Assembly (NCBI GenBank): GCA_002269645.1
Contig: NIVC01001982.1
Location: 62,001 to 126,000, forward strand
DNA length: 64,000 nucleotides
Origin: Macrostomum lignano
Taxonomy: Eukaryota
Direction: 5' to 3'
Part shown: positions 21,116 through 33,100 of the stretch, piece by piece
Layout of the letters: every line of letters starts with the position of its first letter
How positions within the stretch are numbered: the stretch's first letter is position 1
Program-made: the position numbers and the translations under genes
Notes under the pieces: model-generated
Databases searched by the model: none
The model's input: the letters and a program-made list of their open reading frames with translations, nothing else
What the model was told of the DNA's origin: nothing

Positions 21116-22283
21116 TGTGATAAACAGGCAATTAGATAATAGCATGCACGGTGAGCAATTATTTAGGCCCTAGACAAACCTACTTGGAGCGTCAGAGATT
21201 TTAAAGCTATTAATCCTAATCGCCTATCGCCGGTCGGCGAGTTCTACCAGTCTTCTCCAATAGCCGCAGACACAGTACAAGAAAATAAAGAACACGAGGA
21301 AACACAAACCGAAAGATTTAGAGAGTGATAATCCTATTTCAAGAATAACTAACTTGATTGACGGTTTAATTTGATTAGCTGAGTTACAAGATTTAGACAA
21401 ACGACGCAGATAACTAGAGCTGACAAAACGGCAATAACGGTTAATAAATAATGATTATATACGCACTGACAAGCGGATCTTAGCTTGAAGAAGAAGGAGG
21501 CACCGAACACAGGACCACGGAGAAGACTCCTAACCCCTGGCCTAAGCCAGAACCTACTCTCAAACGAGAGCCCTGCCGAACCGACCGTTCAACGGAGTAC
21601 CGACTAAGTTCTATCGGCACTGCCCTTCAGTGTAACACTGGGGCCCTCGGGGTCGAGGCCGCGTACTTGATCAGATCCGACAGTCTCTATCTAACCGCGC
21701 TTGATAGCGACGACTTCAGACAGGAATTTGCCGTAGACGTTACGCCACAAGACTACTGCGGTTGGGCGGGGACAAAGATATGGACCGGGGGTGATGAAAT
21801 CAAAACGCCTCAAAGCGCGAACCAACAAGGAGAGGAAAATCGGGCCACCGGCCGGGAACTGGACAAGACAAAACCGGGGAAAAGGAGCAAGCGAGATCCG
21901 ATTGCCAAAACACACTTTCATATATAGTCAGAGTCAACCCCTCACAAAACCCCCCTCAAGCCGGGTGGTGGTCGTCTGGCCGGCCGCTTGCTAAGCCGAT
22001 TTGCACTGTGCCCGCGGCGCCGGGTAGAACTGAAACTTGCCGCGTGCCAGGGTCCAGGCCGGTTCTGATTGGCTGACCGCGCAAAGTTGGGGTTCGCAGA
22101 CAAACTCAACCCTCCGCTGAGTCACAAAATCGGCGTCTAACTCTAACCTGTTTACAATTTTAGATTTCAACCAACTAGAAAAAGTACACAAAAAACGCAT
22201 GACTAAACTAAAGCAAAATAACAATTCAATAACAATATAGAAACTAATGCAGTCAATTTACACGCAAAGATGCTCCCACTACA
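21116..22283 (-). repeat. Putative 5' LTR (1168 bp)
   Basis: Minus strand TGTAGTGG...TTATCACA. The right boundary coincides exactly with the resumption of Crypton sequence. There is no second copy to confirm it. Confidence 0.65.
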
Positions 22284-22987
22284 CTGACAGGTCCTACATC
22301 GACGTCCGTAAGTCAGAGAAGAACATGTCGGCAGTATAGCTTTTGTCATGCTATCTCAGCCTAGGGACATCCAAACTCAGCCAGCCCCATTCCGCAATGC
22401 GTTTTTTGGCTCGAGCTAGTCGAGTTTTACCATAGACATGCTTCTTAAGGCCATGCTATCTCAGCCTGGGACATGCAATCTCAGCCAATATAGATTTCAA
22501 TTGCAAACAGATCTCAATGCTATCATTTCTGTAACGTGACATGAAATGGCAACAAACAGCAATGAATGAACGCAGCAAGAAAAGTCAGTAAGAATCTGAA
22601 AAGTGGCTGAGATTGCATGTCCCAGGCTGAGAAAGCATGGCCTTAAGAAGCATGTCTATGGTAAAACTTGACTGGCTTACGTAAAAAATCGCACTGTTGA
22701 GATGGGCTGGCTGAGTTTGGATGTCTCTAGGCTGAGATAGCATGACAAATACTATACTATATGGAGAGCCCACTGCCGCAGCCAAAACGAGCGGCGTGAG
22801 TGAGGTTGAAACAGCAATTGCCAACGGCAACTCCAATATTTCCGGACCGCAGGCTTTGGCTCTAAGTCAACAATGGTCCGCCCCTGTACTAAACTTCTAC
22901 GGGCCAACCATGCACGATCAATTTCAGTTCCCCGACAAACAAGATGCAATAGTGATAGCAATAAAAAGTTGTAGACTAACGAACTAA
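22284..22987 (+). pseudogene. Crypton family 1, copy 3: 3' fragment only, interrupted by a MITE
   Basis: 22284-22336 and 22757-22987 match 3591-3873. Confidence 0.9.
22337..22754. mobile_element. 418-bp foldback MITE with TA target duplication
   Basis: 151-bp inverted arms (22337-22487 / 22604-22754). Empty site CAGTACTATATGG at about 3638 and 9742. Confidence 0.92.
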
Positions 22988-23305
22988 AACAACTATAACT
23001 GACTAAACGCTTGTTTACCGTTTTAACGTTCAATAAATATACGTGTTCTTGTTTTACTATCAATTTTAAGTTTGTCTATGGTAGCGGAGTTAACGCTACC
23101 AATAATCTCCGCGAGCTTAACACTAGGGACATAGGCAAGGCGAACAGGCAAAGTTGATTAAGTAACCACCTTTAACCATAGACATAAGGCAAAAGTTTTT
23201 GATCAAAAACTCGCCTATGCAAGTAGACGATCTCAACTACTAACAAGCCATACCCAGATCTTCGTGTCAAGAGCCGCTTGAGCTAAATCATTTAAAATAA
23301 TAATT

Positions 23306-23611
23306 ATGAAGCATTTAGTACTGCTGTTGGTGCTAGTCATTCTCGTGTCTGTTGGTAAGCTGTCTGCTTTCATGCTACAGACACCTGCAATGTACTTCAG
23401 TATTTGTAAATGTTTGTGATTTGTTTTTTCGTGCACGTCCGCCACAACAGGTCTTGAATGCCTGGCCTGTCCCAGCAACTGCGCTTCAAGAATGCAACGA
23501 TGCGAGAGCGACAGCGACTGCTGCTCAAAGTGCTGCGGACGCTATCCAGACCGGTCGCTGCGGTGTCAGGGCTCCTGCAGAAGAGGGCCGATTGGTGTAC
23601 CTAAAAGTTGA
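23306..23611 (+). CDS. Secreted cysteine-rich peptide, copy 3 (exons 23306-23354, 23451-23611)
   Basis: Identical by eye to 4192-4497. Confidence 0.85.
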
Positions 23612-24151
23612 TAAAGCACCCGATTGACCTCTTGCCGTCTTTGCAACCAGGCATAAACTTTATAACTACAGTTTGATTAAAATACAACTGCAATCTCAAA
23701 AACACATGCAAAAGTTTGAGAGGATCTTCCTATTTTTTGCCTAGATATATAGAGACCGAAAAGAATAGGCTAAGATCTTAACATAGGATCCGACTATTTA
23801 ATATAGCGTCAAGTTGAAGTTGTTGATAGGTTTAAAACGTTCAAAAGTGTTACGGTTAAACCATGGCTAAATGGGAGGCTTTAAGCCAAAGCTCACAAGT
23901 GTACTGATATATTATGCTAGATAGGTGATGTTTTTGCTTTAAACGCATTTTCCTAGTTAGGATATTTGCAAAAGCAACTGTACAGTGTCAAAAGCAACAT
24001 GTAGTTTATAGTTTATTTAAACAATTCTAATTGAAGCGCTTTGCGAGAAGACACACCCTTTAACGGTTTAAATTAAACTTTTTTGGCCGCTGTATCACAG
24101 TAAAACAAATGCTTATTAATCTACTTCGATAAAAACGAACAAACAATTATA

Positions 24152-24747
24152 TATACTGTCCGTCAAAAGTTCCGGAACCCTTGCTACGATGTCTTCTAGC
24201 GGACGTAATTTCAGTCCGTTTCAATTGTAACTTGATTCAAATGAAAGCTGCGGATCTCAGCTCCATGATGTGGTCAAGAAAAAGTTTATTCGAAGGAGCG
24301 CGTGTGAACAGGCCAGTGTTATGTACATAAAGGTTAGAGAAAAAAAGTGAGGAAAAGACAAACAAGCAATTGACTCTCCCATGAAAGCTGACTGCACAAG
24401 AATCCATAAGAGCCTGTTGATTTCAACACAAGTTTTGGCCATAGACTAATGTTAGCCAGGCTGAACACTGCGCGCAAATCGATTCCTTCCCATGTGTGTT
24501 TGCTCCATAGACTCAGCAACCATAGACAATTGCTTGTTTGTCTTTTTCTCACTTTTTTTCTCTAACCTTTATGTACATAACACTGGCCTGTTCACACGCG
24601 CTCCTTCGAATAAACTTTTTCTTGACCACATCATGGAGCTGAGATCCGCAGCTTTCATTTGAATCAAGTTACAATTGAAACGGACTGAAATTATGTCCGC
24701 TAGAAGACATCGTAGCAAGGGTTCCGGAACTTTTGACGGACAGTATA
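24152..24747. mobile_element. Foldback MITE, copy of 11313-11908
   Basis: Same 221-bp arms and spacer. Confidence 0.9.
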
Positions 24748-24996
24748 ATATAGTTGAGATGCTTAGTAACTATATTTAATGATTAGTACATAAGATTTTT
24801 AACCAATTCTACAAAATAAAGCAATAAAGCGTTTGTTTTGTTACACACGCGGTTATTTTCTATGCACTTTTGTCTATGGTCGAGAAATAGGAGCCCAAGG
24901 ACTTTTTGGGAGTTTGGCTTCAGCTTAGTAGTTCGGTTTACTTCTTGGTAGAGGCCTGCCTGTGACTTTGCTGATTAAAATACTCACAGCAACGCA

Positions 24997-26839
<1,843 letters not shown>

Positions 26840-27544
26840 TATAACTAGCCAGTCATAATTCTGTTTTGTAACTAAGCGAAATTTGGTTTGCCTTTGCGTC
26901 AAGAACAAATGGCTTAATATTGTAGATAACTTGCATTTTAGATAGTAGTTAAAAAAAGTAGTATATAGAAACGTTTTCTGGTATTATCAAAAGTATTTAT
27001 TGGCGTTGTCTAAGTATCAAAAATAAAGCCAAAATTTTGGTCTTTGCAAGGCTCACTGCAACATCAATTGAGTCTGGTTTGGACAAATTGGATTTCAAGA
27101 ATTTTTTAAAAGTCAAGTAGTCAACTTATGAAAATTAATTTGAGGGCTTAAATTTGCTCTGGACTCACATAAATGTGAGTCTTACAACTTATCTACTTAT
27201 CTGCCTTATCTACTTAGTGAATCTCTTCACATTTATGCTTAGACTTTTAGTCTTGAACTCAATAAACGAACGGTGGAACTCAATTACTTCAAAACTGATG
27301 AGCTCTAGAAATTCGGTAGAATTCACGCTAGGGGCTGAGGTCTCATTTTTAGGCTTTGAGATTTTCAACGTCAGTAGCTTAGGCAAGCAACATGTGAAAC
27401 CTTATTTTTCTTCCATATTACTGGCAAAATTATTGAACAAGTGTGTTCTCTATGGTGCGAGGATAGCTTATCTGGTGCTAGCCATGGGCTTTGGTTGAGC
27501 TAGAGCTATTAGGGAAGGCCAGTCTTTGAGAGTTTTTTTCGCTC

Positions 27545-27930
27545 TTTCTTACGCGTCTGTCTGCAGGTCCATCCCCCCCCCCCTCTTCTCGAGGTCGGTC
27601 TTGGGTGCGCTCGCTGTTGCTATTTTGTCTCTGGCACGTGCTGCTCTCGTCAAACCCCTGTCTGGCTGACCTCGCCTGTCAACCGCACCACCCTATAGCT
27701 CACCTTCTGTCTGCAATGGATACTGGGGCTGCTACAGTCGGTGTCACGCTTGGCTGCTTTCCACGGAATTGGCCTCTATTATTCCAGTTATTTTGCTTTA
27801 TCTTTCTTTTCTTTTTGCGCCCTTATTATACTTTTAATCTGGCCTTTCTTGGCTTGGCTTCTATTCGGCTTGGTCCATTCTTATGGATTTGTAAGCCTAT
27901 ATATAATTCTATTTGTATTCATTTATATTT
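27545..27930 (-). mobile_element. Possible relic 3' UTR plus polypurine tract of an LTR element
   Basis: Minus strand AGAAGAGGGGGGGGGGGA followed by TG; A-rich upstream like the Gypsy 3' UTR. No LTR partner found. Confidence 0.3.
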
Positions 27931-28659
27931 ATTCCTTAACTCAGAACGCCACTAGTACAGTCCCAGTCATGCCTTATAAGCTTTGAGCGGACAATACCAA
28001 CGAACTTTCCTAGAACTCTCTTTTAAAAAAATATACGATCCTTAGCCAGTTTATTTTCAACCGGCACTAGCGTTGCTTCAGTTTGAGTAAAAGAAAAAAG
28101 CACAATTTATAGCGAAAAAATGGGCAGGACAGTTAGACGCTGTCGTAGCTCGATTGTAGCTCGCATGCGAAAGAATGCTTTGAGAAACTCACCAGACCGC
28201 TCGTCGACGAGCTACTGTAAATTCTCGGGCCTCTCCAAACCCTACACAGGTGCGATTCGCGTACAATTATCATCAAATCAAGCGTTTTCCCGTCACTTCG
28301 AAGACTACTGTGTATATTTAAATTTGAATTTGTCCAACTCGTTTCTCAGTTCAGCAGTTTTCTCGGCATAGTTTACTATATTTGAGACTATTAACTTTGA
28401 ACTCAACTCCCCCAGTTGGCTGCAATTTTCTTCTCTCCGTCGTAGCGCCATGCAGTTTGCACAGACTGTGCGGTGAGTGAATGGAAAATTGTTCATTTGT
28501 TATTGCTTTGCTCAATGGTTTCATTGCTCTTTCCTTGACTTATCTAATTTGTGTTTTTTGTCTGTTAGACTGATGTGTTCCTTATTACCCGAATTTCGAT
28601 AATCAAGGAACAATCACTTCTAGCTCAGTAGCTAGGCAACCCAGTTATCAAATAAAGGT

Positions 28660-29350
28660 ACTTCTTAACTTGACTTTCTTGGAGATATCTCTTCAGGAGT
28701 TCTCTGGTAGATCTCGTGTAGATATTCTTGGACTCGTCGATTAGGTACCTTAGTTCTTCTGTCTTCTGGTCCTGGTTCCTTTGTAGTTCCGCTTGACGTT
28801 ACTTCCGGCCGGTATCTGCAGTCAGGACCAATCAGAGGCCTCGTATTAACAATGGGATCCCTGCGCCAAATAGCGGTTTCTATTAAGCCTTCTTCTTCTA
28901 GTAGTGCCTCTATGCACCCTAGGTAATGCTCCAAATAGCTCTAGTAGTTCCTCTAAGATCTACTAGGGTAGTCCTTCGGGCGACTACAGCCAATGGAGTC
29001 TCAACAGACTCAAGAGTCTCAACAGACTCAAATATACTCAAGACACAATAGACTTGAGCGAGACGTCTCAACAACAACTGGCGCAAATAAGAAAGGCTTA
29101 CCGCAACACTCGACCAAGTCTTTCGTTCGACTGGTGAATCAGGGAGTCTTCCTAAAGACACCCTCTTCGGAGCTTCTCCTATCGTCGGGAGTTGGCTCCG
29201 GTCCCGCGTTGGGCCTCTTGTATTTATAGACGATTTGGTGATCCAAAAATAGTATCATGACTCATGTGTTGCGCTATAAGGGGTAACATGACTCATTGCG
29301 TGCTATAATTAGTAACATGAATCACTCTACTGCTATAAATAGTATCATGA
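28660..29350 (-). other. Unclassified element: about 30-bp repeats with TGACTCA-type cores, TATA box, 89-aa ORF
   Basis: Repeats at 29249-29347; TATAAATA at 29229-29222; ORF 28934-28665; homologous to 1200-1790. Confidence 0.5.
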
Positions 29351-29975
29351 TTCATTTCTAAAGTTTAGGTGCGCATGCATGCACTAGCTTACTTACAGTA
29401 GCATTCTAAGATTTCTAATTCTTGCTCTTAACGGGAGGTAGAACACTCTACAAGACGTCACCAAGTTGACTGTGCCTGTCAAGATCGCTGCAGAAATCTT
29501 TGTAGCCAGGGAATCGGGCGGGCATCCTAGAGGTCACTTCAGTGATTATTCATCCATGCTCCGAATGTCCTGGCAGACAGCATTGGTTTCAGTAAAGTCA
29601 TCCTCTATGTACGAGCGTAGAGAGAAGAGGCAGTAGGGAGTAGTGGCGGAGTACGGGATTTTAACACTCATTCTTCTAGCAATCTTGGGCCGATAGATTA
29701 TTTAAACTTTGACCAAGATTTCAGTCGGTAAAAGATTTTTTAATATACCGGTATGATATTTATTGAATGCGAGCGATGCAATTCAACTGATTTATAATCG
29801 AATATGAAACTAGCCAGGAGAGAAGAGAGAAGGCAGATGATAGAAAAGGAGAGAGGAGAAGAGAGAAGTGAGCGGACCCGGTTGCTATTGTGAAGCTTTT
29901 AAGGACCCGAGGGCCGAGGTTGGGATAGAGAGGCTCCGCTGCCGTATGTGGCCCGCGGGACAAAGGGGTCGTATA

Positions 29976-30072
29976 ATAAAGCCGTCGTAGCGTAAGCTCG
30001 ATCGTACGTCGGAACCTACGGAGAACTACGGAGATAGGAGCTAAGAACGATCTTATCTTACGATGGCTTTAT
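29976..30072. mobile_element. Small MITE-like inverted repeat
   Basis: ATAAAGCC(G/A)TCGTA... imperfect inverted arms of about 30 bp. Confidence 0.5.
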
Positions 30073-30163
30073 AGAACGGGTGGAAAGTTTGCCGACCGTT
30101 GATCTAAACAAGCAATTACTGTTTTACAGCCAGGAGAATTCACAGCTGTGCGAGACGCTCACA

Positions 30164-33100
30164 ATGGATGATGAGGACTTCGACTTAAACGAGTTTGGAC
30201 AGTATGAATTTGATTTCGAATCCATCTGGAGCGACGCAGACAGCCAGTGCAGAGCATGGCACAGGGAATTGCTCAAAGCTTGCCAGAATGACGAAATTGA
30301 AGAGCAGAACAGAATAGCAAAGACATTAAAAGAGTGCATTGAGGATCAGAATGATATACAAGCGAAAGCATTGCTGTTTATGACAGTAGTCACTTCCAAC
30401 ACCCAGCTGCTAAAAGTCTTGACAGAAAGACTTCCTGATCTGTGCCTCAGAGTAAAAAGTGATAAAAACAACAACATTCTTCATTTTGCCTGCTGCTGCA
30501 AGCAGACAGACTCGGCAGTCCAATCACTGCAAATTATTTGGGACAAATGTGGACAACAGCTGATCAAAGAGCCGAATGCTGAGATGAGAACACCCTTGCA
30601 CATATCTGCTCAAAACAGCCAAAACCCAGATTTGCTTCGTTGGCTTGCTTCTACAGTCAAAGACAAACAGCAGTTCTTCATTAAAGACAATGATGGAAAG
30701 AGTGCCGTGCATGTTGCTTTCGAATATCAAGATTTGGAGACTCTTCAGACATTGGCAACGGAGCTCAGTTTAAAAAACTGCCTATCTGTCAAATGCCAGG
30801 GAAGACAGATCTTACACATTACGGCAATGATCAGTGAGGATCCGTCAGTGCTTCTGTGGCTTGTTGCTAAAGTTGAAGACAAGCAGCGATTCTTCGATCC
30901 AGACGAGGATGGAAAAAGTGCCGTGTATGTTGCTTTCAATTACCAAGAGTTGGACACTCTTCAGGCATTGACAACGGAGCTCGGCTTGCAAAGCTGCGTT
31001 TCCGCCAAGGGTCCTAGAAGGAGAACAATTTCGCATGCTGCAGCTGAAAACAGATCCATCCCGTCAGTGCTTCTGTGGCTCGTTTCTGAAGTGGAAGACA
31101 AGCAGCGATTCTTCGATCCAGACGAGGATAGAGAGAGCGCCATACACGTTGCTTTCAGCTGCTTAAACTTGGACACTCTTCAGACGTTGGCAAAGGAACT
31201 GGGCTTGAAAAAATGTATTTCTGTGAAAGGCCCTAGAAATCGCACAATTTTGCACGCCGCAGCTGAAAACAGTGAGGATCCGTCAGTGTTCCTGTGGCTC
31301 GTTTCCGAATTGGAAGAAAAGCAGCGATTCTTCGATCCAGACGAGGATAGACAGAGTGCTGTGCATCTTGCTTTCAGATGCCAAAACTCGGAAACTCTTC
31401 AGAAATTGGCAACGGACTTCAGTTTGCAAAACTATGTTTTTTCCAAAGGTCCCAGATGTCGGACACTTTTGCACGCCGCAGCTGAAAACGGGTCCATCCC
31501 GTCAGTGCTACTGTGGGTCGCTTCTGAAATTAAAAACAACCAGCGATTCTTTGATCCCGACGAGGATGGAGAGAGTGCTGTCCATGTTGCTTTCAGATGC
31601 CAAAACTCAGACACTCTTCAGGAAATGGCTATAGAACTCAATTTGCTAAAGTGCGTTTCCTCTAAAGGTCCAAGAAATCGCACAATTTTGCACGCCGCAG
31701 CTGAAAACAGTGAGGATCCGTCAGTGCTTCTGTGGCTCGTTTCCGAAGTGGAAGACAAGCAGCGATTCTTCGATCCAGACGAGGATAGAGAGAGCGCCAT
31801 TCACGTTGCTTTCAGATGCCAAAACTCGGACACTCTTCAGGAATTGGCAACGGAGCTTGGCTTGAAAAAATGCCTTTCCGCCAAGGGTCCCATACGTCGG
31901 ACAATCTTGCATGCCGCATCTGAAAATGGATCTGATCCGTCAGTGCTATTGTGGCTCGTTTCCGAAGTTGAAGGCAAGCAGCAATTCTTCGATCCAGACG
32001 AAGATGGAGAGAGTGCCGTGTATGTTGCTTTCAGTTGCCAAAACTCGGACGCTCTTCAGGAACTGGCTATAGAACTCGATTTGCGTAAGTGTGTTTCCTT
32101 TAAAAACCCAAGAAATCGCACAATTTTGCACGCCGCAGCTGAGAACAGTGAGGATCCGTCAGTGCTTCTGTGGCTTGTTTCCGAAATAGAAGACAAGCAG
32201 CGATTATTCGATCCAGACGAAGATGGAGAGTGTCCCGTGCACGTTGCTTTCAGATACCAAAACTCGGGCACTCTGCAGGCATTGGTAACGAAGCTCAGTC
32301 TACAAAAGTGCATTTTATCCAAGGGTCCCAGATGTCGGACGATTTTGCACGCCGCAGCTGAAAATGGATCTAATCCATCAGTGCTATTGTGGGTCGCTTC
32401 TGAAGTTAAAAATAAGAGACAATTCTTCGATCCAGACGAAGATGGAGAGAGTGCCGTGCACGTTGCTTTCAATTGTCAAAACTTGGACACTAACCGTACG
32501 CTGGCAACTAAGCTCGATTTGAAAAAATGCTTTTCTTTGAAAAGCGCCTGGAATCGCTCAATTTTGCATGTCGCAGCTGAAAACAGATATAATCCGTCAG
32601 TGCTACTGTGGCTCGCTTCTGAAGTAGAAGACAAGCAGCGATTCTTCGACCCTGACAAGGATGGAAAAAGTGCCTTGTATGTTGCTTTCAATTACCAAGA
32701 AATAGACACTCTACAGGCATTGGCCGCGGAGCTCACTTTGCAAAAATGTGTTTCTTCTAAGGGTTCCAAATGTCGGACAATTTTGCACGCCGCAGCAAAA
32801 AACAGTGAAAATCCGTCAGTGCTGCTGTGGCTTGTTTCTGAAATCGAAGACAAGCAGCGATTCTTTGATACAAACGATGGAAAAAGCGCCGTGTATGTTG
32901 CTTTTAAATGCCAAGAATTTGACACTCTTCAGGCATTGGCAAATGAACTCGGTTTGCAAAAGTGCGTTTCCGCTGAGGGCCCCAGAAACCGAACAATTTT
33001 GCACGTAGCAGCTGAAAACAGCTGGGATCCTTCACTGCTAATGTGGCTCGCTTCCGAAGTCAAAAATACACAGCAGCTCCTCTCCAGAGATGATGATGAA

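Larger units (their letters stand above)
14165..22283 (-). mobile_element. Ty3/Gypsy LTR retrotransposon, ORFs open, 5' LTR present, 3' LTR not found
   Basis: Domain order gag, PR-RT-RH-INT. Putative LTR 22283-21116 with TGT...ACA ends, abutting Crypton sequence at 22284. Confidence 0.95.

Noticed and set aside
29460-29815. Block conserved between the two TRP duplicates (vs 43880-44150) with hints of minus-strand coding (KIAR.M, ETNAVCQ)
   Set aside because: Indels and stops in both copies; treated as a shared ancient relic with no supportable identity.
30080-30163. GTG-initiated N-terminal extension MESLPTVDLNKQLLFYS of the TRP ORF
   Set aside because: Overlaps a polypyrimidine/AG acceptor region (TTTTACAG at about 30129) and is not open in paralog 2; likely intronic.
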